Positions 40,290-54,575 of a stretch of DNA of 64,000 nt are shown in pieces. The notes beneath the pieces were generated by a model. The model searched no databases and was not told where the DNA came from. It saw nothing but the letters and a program-made list of their open reading frames with translations. The first letter of the stretch is position 1. Each line of letters opens with the position of its first letter. A program made the translations under genes and the position numbers. Origin of the DNA: the human T2T-CHM13v2.0 reference genome, Homo sapiens; NCBI RefSeq assembly GCF_009914755.1, contig NC_060934.1. One strand, written 5' to 3'.

Positions 40290-42083
40290 GTGCTTGTTAC
40301 TTACCCAAAGGAGCTGAAGACTTATGTGTACACCAAAACATGCATTCAAATGTTTACAACAGCTTTATTAATAATTGTTCAAATTTGGAAGCAACCAAGA
40401 TGCCATTCAGTAGGTGAATGGATAAACAAACTGTAGGGTTTTGTAATACTAAAAATAATATTACAGTGGAATATTATTCAGCAAAAAAGAAATAAGCTAT
40501 CAAGCCATGAAAAGACATGGAAGAACCTTAAATATACCTTATATAAATAAAATATATATTAAATAAATTTATATATTAAATAAATATATAGATATATATT
40601 ATATAAATTTATATATTAAATAAATATATAAATATATATTATATAAATTTGTGTATTCAGTAAATATATAAATATATATTATATAAATTTGTATATTAAG
40701 TAAATATATAAATATATAATATAAATTTGTATATTAAGTAAATATATAAATATATATTATATAAATTTGTATATTAAATACATATATAAATATATATTAC
40801 ATACATTTGTATATTAAATACATATATAAATATATATTATATACATTTGTATATTAAATAAATACATAAATATATATTATATACATTTGTATATTAAATA
40901 AATACATAAATATATATTATATACATTTGTATATTAAACAAATACATAAATATATATTATATACATTTGTATATTAAACAAATACATAAATATATATTAT
41001 ATACATTTGTATATTAAACAAATACATAAATATATATTATATACATTTGTATATTAAACAAATACATAAATATATATTATATACATTTGTATATTAAACA
41101 AATACATAAATATATATTATATACATTTGTATATTAAACAAATACATAAATATATATTATATACATTTGTATATTAAACAAATACATAAATATATATTAT
41201 ATACATTTGTATATTAAACAAATACATAAATATATATTATATACATTTGTATATTAAACAAATACATAAATATATATTATATACATTTGTATATTAAACA
41301 AATATATAAATATATATTATATACATTTGTATATTAAACAAATATATAAATATATATATACATTTGTATATTAAACAAATATATAAATATATATATACAT
41401 TTGTATATTAAACAAATATATAAATATATATTATATAAATTTGTATATTAAATAAATATATATTATAAATTTGTATATTACATAAATATATATTATATAA
41501 ATTTATATATTACATAAATATATATTATATAAATTTATATATTAAATAAATATATAATATAAATTTATATATTAAATAAATATATAATATAAATTTATAT
41601 ATTAAATAAATATATAAATATATATACATGTACATTACTAAGTGGAAGAAGTGTATCTGAAAAGGCATACAGTCAATTTCCAACAATATGACATTCTGGA
41701 AAATGAAAAACTATAGAGGTAGTAAAAAGAATAGAGGTTGTCAGGAAAGTTGGGGAAGGGCAAAGAATGGATAAACAGAGCACAGTGGATTTTTAGGATT
41801 GTGAAACTATTCTGTACAATACTGAGAACATGTCAGTACATACTTGTCAAAACCTATAGAGTGTACAGCACATAAGTGAACGCTAATGTACAATATGGAC
41901 TTTACTACAATGTGTCAACACTGGCTCATCAATGGTAACAAATGCACTGCATTGAAGATGTGATGAATAGGGGAACCTGTGTGAAGATGAGGTGGGGAGG
42001 TTAAGGAGTAGGTGGGAACTCGATATTTTCTGCTCAATTGTTTTGTAAATCTCAGACATCTCTAAAAATTAGTCTATTAGTTA
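40290..42083 (+). mobile_element. L1MC1-like 3' end hosting an AT-rich minisatellite
   Basis: acccaaaggagctgaagacttatg...aagacatggaagaaccttaaat [minisatellite] attactaagtggaagaag...gtgaacgctaatgtacaatatggacttt...tctgctcaatt...ctctaaaaattagtctatt. Confidence 0.9.
40539..41629. repeat. AT-rich minisatellite, 40-bp unit
   Basis: Nine identical copies of atacatttgtatattaaacaaatacataaatatatattat at 40921-41280; diverged and shorter units on both sides. Confidence 0.97.
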
Positions 42084-42369
42084 AAGCAAATCCAAAAAGC
42101 AAAACAACACACAAGCCAGTGTATGATTCTTAATTTTAAAGAGGTAATTTCCATAAATTCTCTGGGAGGTCATCTTTATGTGATACCCTGTACAAGATGG
42201 GTAGAGAATACCCAACCAGAAGAAGCAATGGGAAGGAACAGGAGTCCATGTCAGTGTACGTGGGGGCACAATGGGGAATGGAGGGCACATAGGACATTGT
42301 CTGCTGTTTTTCTCAAGGAAAATGCATTGGCATATGTGTTCTTTGTGTAATAAGCATTTCAACTGACAA

Positions 42370-42600
42370 TAGAAAAACTAAAATGAAATCCATAATTTAG
42401 ACAGAAACTAAAAACACTACACATGTAGAGTCAGGGAAGACTCAGTCAAACAGCAATTTATGTGCCAGAGTTTTCTAGAAGTTTTGATACGAACAATAAA
42501 TCATATTGTAAGCTCATAGCATGTAAAAAAATCAAAAGATGATGCAACCTCAGAGATGCATTCATAAAATTCCGATGTCCAAATCAAGAGGACTGCCTGA
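42370..42600 (+). mobile_element. CR1/L3 fragment (continuation)
   Basis: aaaagatgatgcaacctcagagatgcattcataaaattccgatgtccaaatcaagagg. Confidence 0.5.
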
Positions 42601-43209
42601 TGCTAGGCATTCAATATTTCTCCAATAGTGGATGATTGGTTAGCTTGTCTGATGTGGAAACGTTTGCATCCAGCTAACCTTGATTGAACACTTCCTCCAT
42701 GCCAAACACAGTTCTGAGTCTTTTGTGTGCATCTCCCTACACCAGGAGCCATATATTCTAGCAGTGGAATGCTTATGGAGGTTTATTCGTTGTCAAATAA
42801 CAAGTAGAAGAGAGTCAGAGAAACTGCTGCTACCATCTGTCTCCCTGTCCAAGGGCCAATGCTTGTTTTCTTTGTTACTATTACCATTATTGTGGCTTTT
42901 AAAAAACAAATTCTAACAAGTAAATTACTCATCGGTTACTAAAACTACTGTAAATTAGTTTATTAATATTCGTAGACAAGTGGAAAATTGCAGAAGAAAT
43001 GGCCAACATGCACATTTAGGGGTAGGAGTCATATCATCCCCTGAGAAGGAGTGAGAATTAAACTAGGAATGTGGTGCCTTCTCTCCTTGTTCTATTCCCT
43101 TTTGTGGAATAGATTCTTGCTATCTCAGATTGCTTCTCTTTTTCCACAGTCCACCTAGAAGGTTTCTTATTTTCATCAGCAAGAAAGGAATATGGGATTT
43201 CTAGTTAAA

Positions 43210-43420
43210 CACACCATGGTTGGAATCCCAGATATACCACTTAGTAGCTACACAGTAAAGCATTGGACTTACTCATCCTAAGTCTCACAACCTTTATTTC
43301 TAAGGGGGACTTAATGATGTGTGACTTAGGTGATCATTTTGAAGAGACATTGGGAATGCTTGGCGTATTATATATACTCTATATGTATCAGCTTTTATAA
43401 GTTATAATCAGTATTATTAA
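43210..43420 (+). mobile_element. MIR
   Basis: ggttggaatcccagatataccacttagtagcta...ttactcatcctaagtctcac. Confidence 0.6.
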
Positions 43421-44480
43421 TAATTCTATATCCATGTATGGATTTTTCTACCTACATATAGATGCTTAGCCAAATACTTTAGTAAGTTACTACTCAGAAT
43501 TCTCCCATTCAAAAGAAAAGGAGCTCCTTTAGATACTTCTATTCTAATTATCTTGTCATTACTTATGTCGACGTGAAATGGCTATATGATTCTGTTTTAT
43601 AAAAGTTTATCAGGGATGCTAAAGTCCCAAGTCTGAACTATCCTGATTTCCATCTAAAATTGATTTTACATATATTATATGTGTATATGTATGTGTGTAT
43701 ATGTGTGTATATACACGTCTATGCAAAACTTAAAAGGCTACATTCTTTAAAGTCTGTGGAAGAAATAAAATGAAGTAAAAGACATCCATAATAACATTAA
43801 GTTGAGTGTTCTTTTATCTTTGATGGTCAATAAGCAAGCTAGAAAATGACTTAGAAATTTTGCAAGCCACACAATTTTGGCATTGAAGAGAATCGTTCCA
43901 TTATGTACTCTTGATGCTATTTATGGAGTCAGTCACCTCAGTCACACTATGACACACACATGAAATGCAAAGCTGATGGGGGTAGTGAAATATGCTTTTT
44001 CCTATGAAGGTTCCTATAAAAGAAGAGAATCAAGCTCATGATAGATGCAGAGAAATCCAGCAATTTCCTTCGGAAACAATCCCACTTCAACTTGCCTACA
44101 TTTTTGTAGACAAATTCCATTACAATTGACCAGAACAAAATGATTTTTTAAACCACACAATAGCATGTTCTTAAGTAAAAACTCTCATGGCAAGTTTAAA
44201 AGAAAGTGAAAAGTTTGTTTATATGGCTTTTTTAAAAGAATAGATGGCCTATGGGTACCAAATTATGTTCCAGAAGACTCAAGTGGACCATGATGGAGGA
44301 GCCCACATGTTGAAAATGTTTCCCACATTAGTAAACACTTCATCATAAAAACCAAACTGTCTCAATTTAATATGATAAATAAGCTTTTATTAAATGAAAA
44401 ATAAGAGACATCCAAAATACACAAAAACTATTCTGGATAAATTGTTTTCCTGAAGAACAGCCCCAGCTTTGGTCGCTTCT

Positions 44481-44821
<341 letters not shown>

Positions 44822-45555
44822 TAGGACTATTCTCATGTTTATTTCTCCTCTTCTGTTTTTTCTCCTTGCATGATTTTTCTGGGCTGTAATCCATAAGGAT
44901 AATTTAATTCTCCTTAGACCCATCAGGGTTTAAATACCTGGAACCATCCCTACATTATGGACACTTCACCATTAAAAATACAAGATAAACCTTTGTTATT
45001 TACTTTCCTGAACAAACTACACTTTACAAAGCCAAAAAAAACCCACAACTCTTTGTAAATAAAAGATTATGTAACTTATAGTTAGCTTCATTTTTTTATA
45101 GCACAAAATTTCCTCCATAGAGGAGTAGCTAGAACCCAGCAATCTCTCTGTGGGTGAGATCATCATAATCAATACTAGCAGGATTATTGTCATATTTAAG
45201 TGATGCTTGATTATTTCTTAGAATTTCACTTGTATGTTCCCTTGTGTTTTCAAAACTTAATTTGAAATAAAATGTCTTAAAATACATAATTTCTTTAAAG
45301 ATTTTGACTTAAGTCAAGACCTTGGTGTAAATTCACACAGTATATTTGGAATATTATAATTGTTGATCTCCCTGCCTCTATTTAATACTTTATATTTTCT
45401 GCTTTCTTGGATATCAAATTCATATTAAAACTCTTAGTCTTGCAGTGTTCATATTCTGCATAGAATGTAGAGAATGATGGCCATGATTTGAAGTCTTAGA
45501 AGAAATGAATAGCTTTCTCTCTTGATTAAAAACTGAAGAAAAGCACAGACAATAA

Positions 45556-45909
<354 letters not shown>

Positions 45910-47677
45910 TGAACAGTGTTGGCAATATGTAAATACACAACAAGAGAAGAGAAAATAATTTCAAATCTGGGTCCCACCCTGCGATGTGTGTGTATTTGTG
46001 GGGAGGGAAGAGGAGAATGGAAGAAGATGGAAAAACTTGCTCTTGGAAGCCCTTTTTCTTTCAAGTAATTCCTATGAAGACATCTTTTTCCCATAGGCAA
46101 ACGCTTCATTTTGTGAAGTTATTTGCATAACCTTGTGCAAAAAGTTAATTCCAAGGACTAAATTCCTACAGTTATGTTCTGCCAAGTATATTCTCTGTTG
46201 CTTCTGGTGAATTTTAAAGGAGAAACCACATTTTTGTAACATTATCAAATTCATTGGTCAATAGTTAAGACCCTGTGATGAACAGTTAAAACTATTGACA
46301 AATAAACAGGGTGTCTCCCAAAGTCATTGTCTAGAAGTAGCTGGTTTCCTAAGGCTGTTGTGGGAATTCCTTGATTAATTGGGGCAACTGACAGATAATC
46401 TCTTGGGGTCTTTCCAGTGAAAGTCCTGGGGATTCTAAATTTTTCTTATGAACATAATTTTGGGAGAGTTTTCATTTTGCAAGAAAAGTCATTCTGTATG
46501 AACAGTGAGCTCAGTGGATTCACGACCAAATTGGATTGTCTGATAATCACCAAAGCCCAGAAGCTTTACACCCACAGACAGTGTTTGCGGAGGTGGATAC
46601 GCTTTACCTGGAATAGCACATCAGTGATTGCATGGAAGTCAGGAGCAAGATCGTGAAATGAACCGATGCACAACATTCTTCCAACCCAGAAAACATTTCT
46701 AAGTGAGGAAACACGGTAAAAATAGTAAAAGAAGAACAGATGGTTCTGTTAAAATAACCATATTGAGTCAGTTTCATTTCCATTATCCATTTAGATTTTA
46801 AAGTAACCTGGGGTTTTGTGATGTATGTAATAAATTTTTTTCAAATAAATAAATTTAACTTGAAGTTATTTTGCCTTGTATGAAATATAATAAATATTTT
46901 ATAAAAGGTATAAATGTATGATGAATGGGAATTCTAAAGATTCTTTAGGTTGAGATGGAACATTCTAAGGTATGAAAACAGATTTATACAGCTTACTCTG
47001 ACTTTTGTTTATCTCTCATATTTTTTTAACATCAGTCAACAAGAAAACTACATTTGGGGATTCCCTGCCTGTTGTTTTTCCAGCTGCACACCAGGAAGAT
47101 GTTCAGTTTGTACACACATATCATAGTCAAGCAGTGAGCTGATAGAACCTCAATAGTGCCTGGAGCAAATGAACAAATGAAAAATGCAAATTTTAGAACA
47201 ATCAGAACTTTTATGGTTCATGTTCTCCAGAAATGTAACATAAGTTATATAGGTAGTAAGTGAAAGCAATGAATAAAGACATTTTAATACCTAACACAAA
47301 AACCTAACATAGATTTTGTCTTAAAATCTCAGTGTTTGCCCATCAAATTTTAGATTGTTACAACATCTCTGAAAACTACTGTAGATTAGTGTTTGGGGGA
47401 AACCCATTCCCCTGCAAGTTCTTGTTCACCCCATATTTACAGTGTTTATATGAAGAACTAATAATCTTATTGCTGAGCCCTTTGAATCCAACAAATATTT
47501 GTTTAAATAACAGAAAAACTGGCAAGTTAATGTGTGCCAGCTCTCCACTACCTGCAATTAGTACAGAAATAAAGCAGAAACCTCCCATCCTCTCAGGGAA
47601 TTCTGTATCTTGTTGGAGAGAGGAACACTGAAGAAACAAATTACAATACAGAATGCATGCCTTCAGGTGGAAGTCTA

Positions 47678-48079
47678 AATTCCTAAGGAGGTGGGCAAAC
47701 CTTTCTGGATCTGACCCTCGTATGCCTCTTCAGGACCATCTCCCAATTCCTAAGGAGGCAGGCAAACCTTTCTGAATCTGACCCTTGCATGCCTCTTCAG
47801 GACCATCTCCCAATTCCTAATGAGGCAGGCAAATCTTTCCAGATCTGACCCTCGTATGCCTCTTCAGGACCATCTCCCAATTCCTAAGGAGGCGGGCAAG
47901 CCTTTCTGAATCTGACCCTCGTATACCTCTTCAGAACCATCTCCCAATTCCTAAGGAGGTGGGAAAATCTTTCCGGATCTGACCCTTGCATGCCTCTTCA
48001 GGACCATCTGCCAATTCCTAAGGAGATGGGAAAAGCTTTCTGAATCTGACACTCACATGCCACTTCAGGACCATCTCCC
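47678..48079 (+). repeat. Minisatellite, 6 x 67 bp, derived from L2
   Basis: Units start at 47678, 47745, 47812, 47879, 47946 and 48013; L2-like sequence continues on both sides (to about 48230). Confidence 0.95.
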
Positions 48080-48644
48080 ACCTCCAGAACTCACTGCAAG
48101 ATATTCTTCCTTTCACTGGAGGATTTTCCATGTCTGATGCTTCCTTCTTTACCTTTCCAACCTCTACTCATCCTTCAACACTCAGCATAAAGTCACCTTT
48201 TATGGGAGGCTGTCCCTCACCAGTTACTTCACCTCACCCATCTCAAGACCCAGTCGTGGAGATCATGGAACAGGTGACAGAATCTCCTTCCAATGAAACA
48301 ATCCTGGAAGAAACGTGATTCGGCAACAGTTTGTTATTTCAGGGCCCATACACGTAAAGCTTCATTACGCTTATCAAAGAAACCCAAACATGGTGAGGAC
48401 CTGAGACAGTAAACATTCCCCAAAATCACTAAAAGAGGAAAGGGAATCAGATCACAGATGAAACTACACAAAACCCGTGCATTGAATGTGCCATAAAATG
48501 TAATCCCTGGTGACGTTTCTGGAGCACTGAAAGCCAAGGTACGCCCCTGCAGAAGGTGGAGCACCTGCCCCCATCAGGGCACAACTTCTCCTTAGGGGAC
48601 CCTGCTCAGGGTGAAGCAAGGGTCATGTGAGAAGCCATCGCCTC

Positions 48645-49000
48645 TGATCTGGTTTGGCTGTGTCCCCACCCAAATCTCATCTTGAATTGTAGCTCACATA
48701 ATCCCCATGTGTTGGGGGAGGAACCCTGTGGGAGGTAATTGAATTATGGGAGTGGGCCTTTACTGTGCTGTTCTCTTGATAATGAGCGAGTCTCACGAGA
48801 TCTGATGGTTTTATAAAAGGCAGTTCCCCTGCACACACTCTCTTGCCTGCTGCCATGGAAGACCTTCCTTTGCTCCTCCTTCACCTTTCACCTTGATTGT
48901 GAGGCTTCCCCAGCCATGTGGAACTGAGTCCATTAAACCTCTTCTTTATATATGACTCAGTCTCAGGTATGTCTTAGCAGTGTGAGAACGGACTAATATA
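48645..49000 (+). mobile_element. THE1 (B/C-like) solo LTR
   Basis: tgatctggtttggctgtgtccccacccaaatctcatcttgaattgtag...gagatctgatggttttataaa...gtgagaacggactaatata. Confidence 0.93.
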
Positions 49001-51405
49001 ATCTCCACTCACTTCTTGAGGGAAGGGTATGTGCCAGACTGTCACTCTGCTGGGTCACAGGACCTGACTTCACACCATGACTCTTTGATCTTCCCACCCT
49101 GACAGGGTGCATCATAGACTCCAGCAGCCAAACCCAGTGACCAGAGAGTGCTGAGTCAGGTAGGAAGGTGCACTGCAGGGACAGAGGAAAGGAGAATGTG
49201 GCCTGGACCTCACCAGCCCAGCGCATGAAGCACTGTGTTGGAAACTGTCAGCAGGCTAACATGATTGTGTTTCTACTTTCATCTGAAGTGTGACAATTCT
49301 CCCGCATTGTTCCCATGATAGAGGTTTCTCGCCTGGCCAAAGAATGTCCTAGACATGGTTCTGGACTCTCTGAGGCCTGGGTGGGCCTCCTTTCTGGTCT
49401 GCTGAGCCTCGCAAGGACACACTGGGTGTCTGATGCATCGCATAGCTGTAACGGTGGACACTCTCACCATCCGAGGGGAGTGCGGCAGGAGACCTGGGCA
49501 CTTCGGGGCGCAGCCTTGGCTTTTAACGCTTGCTTGCAGGAGCATTTTTTTTGTATTTTTCCAGCCTGTGAATGTCTTCTATATGCATTCTATTTCCACC
49601 TTAATGCTCTGTGTGTATAACTAAAGATGGGTGGTATTAGTTCAATTTTCTTTTCTTAAAAAAATGTTTTCAAGTACAGTTCCCATAAATTTAAGTGCTA
49701 AAGGCTTTAAAGCACAGTTTTCATACAGTTAAGTGCTAAAGCCTTCCCTATCCTCCCACATCACATGACTGTCTCTTACATCCAACAGACACAGAAGCAA
49801 AAGATGAGCAAGGCATTGTTCAAAGCCAGTCATCTGGGAGTGCTTCAATACCGGTGAAAATATAACTAAAACCTGCCATCACTGGTACACTTTTAGAACA
49901 TTATACCCACAGGACTCACTTATCTCAAAATTACAGTCTGTATTTCCTTAACATGATGGGAGATCACAGAAAATAATTGGTCAAACTGTATTATCAAAAT
50001 ACCATGCTAAAGATAACCTCCCATCCAAAAGGTAATTAAGACCTAAATCTAAGTATATTCAATTACCTCTCCACACGGCTTCTGTAATTCTGGGAATTCT
50101 GCCCTAAGAATGAGCTAAAGTTCAGCTTGGGTTTTCTCTAGAGCACTGATACGGAGAGAGGTAGGCAGCAGTTAATATGTCTGCCCTCCCTTTCTTCCAG
50201 ATCCTGCTTCTGTAGGTTGCAGCAAGCTCTGCATTGCTCCTAGTTTAGGAAGAAGGATGAGAGCCAGGCCCACATCTAGACAGGCAGATTTATAAAGGCA
50301 GCCACATTCAGTTCCCTGCTCAGTTGATGGCTGTGTTAAGCAGAAAACACTGACAGTGTCTACATCTTTAATGGGGAGAGCTAATGATAAAGAAAGACTG
50401 CAGGCATTTGGGGATTATGTTTGTTGGAAGGGACAGCTAGATTGTTCTGTGATTCTTAAATCATAACAAAATTGATGAGGGCTGACACTCCTAAGAGTTG
50501 GCAGGATGGAGCTAAAAGTTGGAAAATCTAAATCTCATTTTCAATGCTGCTTCTGCTGTTTGTGCTTTCAAATCTATAACCATCAAATGAGAGAATAATA
50601 ACTACTGTTCTTTAAAGAAGTCCTGTAAAAAAAAAAAAAAAAGAAATGTGACGATTGAGCCAAACACTTCTTACACTGAAATTTCAACCAGGATCTTAGG
50701 TTAAGAAGAGAGACAGCAGAAATTCCTTTTAAAAATGCAAACATGTTCCTGTGAAAGAGATATCAGATAAATGTGATTCATCATTAATAAACAATGAGGA
50801 CTAATATGAGATTAACTCACTTTAAACCTCATGGTGTAAAAACACAGAGATGATCAGTCAGCTTGCTTTTGCAGCTGTTTGTTTTTCTGATTAGAAAGGT
50901 AATTCATATTCACTGTAGGAAATACATGAAGTACGGAAAGTACAAACAACAGCATCACTATTTGTTAGCTTCTTGCTGGACTTTTTGCTGCGTCCATGTA
51001 ACCTTATATTTTTAACAAAACTGCATCCTGACCTCATCTCCAGTTTTGAAGTAACGTGTCATTACACATGTGGATATCCAGTATTTCCCCAGATCATGGC
51101 TGATATTTCCAGGCAACAGAGACTCACCGACAGTGTTTCATTCTCCGGTAAAGATAGACAGAGTGCAGGAGGAGAACTCTGCAAAATCGTGGAAGAATAA
51201 TCATTGTCATGCAAAAACATATCCTGAGCTTCTTCAGATGAAGAAAGAGAGAGATGACATGTTTTACTCTGTTTTTACTCCTGATCTCCATTGTGAAGGC
51301 TCAACCTCTGAACGGTAACTCTTCCCTCCAAGAAATCCACCTTCTTCCCCAATCCTGGGTTCTATTGTCTCAGCACAGGAGCACAGCCAGCAAAGACACA
51401 AATGA

Positions 51406-51812
<407 letters not shown>

Positions 51813-52679
51813 CTCTTCCACCTCTTTGGGCCAACGCTCAGGGGCCCTGTGGACTCTGACTTTCCAGCCACACTTTATGTTTATCCAAAATGCTCCATGG
51901 TCATATTTGAGGAAACTTTGGCTTCTTTAACAGAAAAGTTTCCATGTGGGGGCAGCAGAAGTGAAGGACGGATCTCTTGGAGGAGAAGAAAGACTGAACC
52001 TCCAGCCTCAGCACGCTCTGGTCTTGGGCCTCCCCGTTGTCCGTGGGTTCAGACCAGCACCACTCCACAGCTCTCCATGGAGCAGACTTCGCTGAGAGCC
52101 TGGGGAATGGTAAAGGCAGCTACGGCCAGGAGCCTCGGGGCTGGCTGGCAGATGTGGCTGCTCTCTGCTCCTCGTGGGCACAGGCCATCTTCATGGGATC
52201 CCAACAAGTGCCCACCATGGCACCAGCCAGCTTTTCCTCACTTTCCTGACAACCACCACACAAAATGAATCCTCTGAGCCCAGCCAAAGGAACAAGGCTG
52301 CCCACGACCAGCCTCAGACACAGTGGAAGTCTGGCTGTGATGGGACAAGGGACAGAGATGCTGAGGAGGCTCTGCCCTGAGACCCAGGAGCTCGAGGCCA
52401 CCTGCGGCCAAGGCTGTGTCAGGAGAGCAGGGACAGCTCCTGCATGGGCCAGTGCACACACAGCTCAGGAGTGGGTGCAGACAGACCCCATGGTGGGCAG
52501 CACAGCCACCACAGTGAGCTGAAGGCAGAAGAGGAAGCATGAGAATAACCTTTCCACATCCCAGGCTCAAGGATGAGCACGAGGTGAGAGCCACTCACAC
52601 ACAGGGGGAGTAACAGGACTGCCCTGCAAGGATGAAGTGCCTGCAACAGTAAAACCCAACCCCGCTCCCGCTCAATGCC

Positions 52680-53395
52680 TCATGTGGTTTGACTGTGTCC
52701 CCACCCAAATCTCATCATGAATTGTAGCTCCTATAATTCCCACATATTGTGAGAGGGACCCGGTGGGAGATAATTGAATCATGGCGGCAGTTTCCCGCAT
52801 ACTCTTCTCGTGGTAGTGACTAAGTCTCACCAGATCTGCTGGTTTTATAAGGGGAATCCCCTTTCACTTGGTCTCATTCTCCCTCTTGCCTGTCGCCATG
52901 TAAGACGTGACTTTCGGCCAGGTGTGGTGGCTCACACCTGTAATCCCAGCACTTTGGGAGGCCAAGGCAGACAGATTGCATGAGGTCAGGAATTCGAGAT
53001 CAGCCTTGCCAACATGGTGAAACCCCATCTCTACTAAAAATACAAAAGATTAGCCATGCGTGGTGGTGCACGCCTATAATCCCAGCTACTCGGGAGGCTG
53101 AGGCATGATAATTGCTTGAATCTGGAAGGAGGAGGTTGCAGTCAGCTGAGATCGCACCGCTGCACTCCAGCCTGGGTGACAGAGCGAGACTCAGTCTCAA
53201 AAAAGAAAAAGAAGGAGTTCCTTTTGCCTTCCGCCATGATTGTGAGGCCTCCCCAGCCACGTGGAACCGCGAGTATATTCAACTTCTTTTTCTTTATAAA
53301 TTACCCAGTCTCAGGTATTTACTCTGACCTGAGGGCTTGGTAGGAAACCTCTGGGCCCAGCAACTTGAACAGCAGTGTGAAAATGGACTAATACA
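52680..53395 (+). mobile_element. THE1 (C-like) solo LTR with nested Alu
   Basis: Perfect 5-bp TSD ATGCC at 52675-52679 and 53396-53400; ends ...aaaatggactaataca. Confidence 0.93.
52916..53212 (+). mobile_element. Alu (AluSx/Sz-like) inside THE1
   Basis: Full dimer with A-rich tail. Confidence 0.95.
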
Positions 53396-53849
53396 ATGCC
53401 CATTGGATTGGCACAGCCCTGCCTCCCACTAAAGGCCTGATAGGAAGCGGGGCTCGCTCTTCTAGGCCCAAAGGCTATTTTCCACAGTTTTTACTGTTCT
53501 TTCATACCCAATGTCCAGAATTCAATTAAATATCAAGCGATCTTCCCACACACAGAAAGAATAAAAGCTGCTAATTTTTAAGATAAAAATCAATCAGGAG
53601 ACACATATGTAGGAATGGCCCAGATGCTAGAACTATGAAATCAGAACTGTAAAACCGAGGGTTAATATGTCAGAGATCCAATGGAAACAGTGTTGCATAA
53701 ACATATGGGGACTGTCAACATAGTTATAGAAATTATTTTCAAAAGGGGCATGCAAATGAATTATTGGAATAGACAAGCACTATTTCAGAAATGATAAATT
53801 TCCTTGACAAGCTGAAATCAATACTCATTTTAAAGTCATGCATACAGGG

Positions 53850-54575
53850 TTACTTCATTTTCAACAATAAGACCAAGATGAATCCGTAGGAAGGGGATAA
53901 ACTTTCCAACAAATGTTTCTGGAGAAAGTGAACATCCACATACCAGAAAGACAAACTGGCCCCTTGCCCTGCATCCATGAGAAACCAGCAGCTACCATCG
54001 TCCCTAACGGGGAAGGACCGAATGCTTTCCCCTGAAAGATGGAGAAAACGCGCATTCCTGCTCTCACAGTTTCTATTCAACATCGTACAGGTGCTTTTAG
54101 TCAACGTAATAAGACTAAAATTAAAAATAGGAATATAGATTTAAAATGTTTTAAAATTGTTCTTATTTGCAGAACACATGATCACCCATATAAAAATCTC
54201 GATGAATATAAATAATCACTGGATACAAGGCCAATGTTTAGAAATAATGTACTCCTATATGTTAGCAAAGAATCAGTGGAAATTAAAATGTAAAGAATAA
54301 CACTTATAATAATTTAAAAACATAAAATATTGAGGGTCGTTTCTAAGAAAATATTTGTGGATTCGCATTTGGAAAACCATAAAGTATTTATGAAAGTACT
54401 TTTAAAAGACCTAAATTAATAGATTAACCATTCATTAATTGAGAAAATTCACGTTATTAACAATTCAGTTCTCCCTGAGTTGATCCGTAAACCCAAGGCA
54501 ATTCCAATAAAAATCCTAAAAGAATTTTTTTTGGCAGAAATTAACAAATTGATTTTGAAATATTTCTTTTGTAAA
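53850..54575 (+). mobile_element. Old L1 ORF2 (RT region) fragments
   Basis: gaatgctttcccctgaaagatggagaaa...ttctattcaacatcgtac...ttatttgcagaacacatgatc...gcaattccaataaaaatcc. Confidence 0.8.

Larger units (their letters stand above)
52200..53820 (+). mobile_element. Old L1 (L1MD-like) 5'UTR/ORF1 interrupted by THE1 and Alu
   Basis: ctcccactaaaggcctgataggaag...ccaatgtccagaattcaat...atggcccagatgctagaactat...gaaatgataaatttccttgacaagct. Confidence 0.55.

Noticed and set aside
47678-48079. CRISPR-like array
   Set aside because: Units are head-to-tail with no unique spacers, the context is primate DNA, and there are no cas genes
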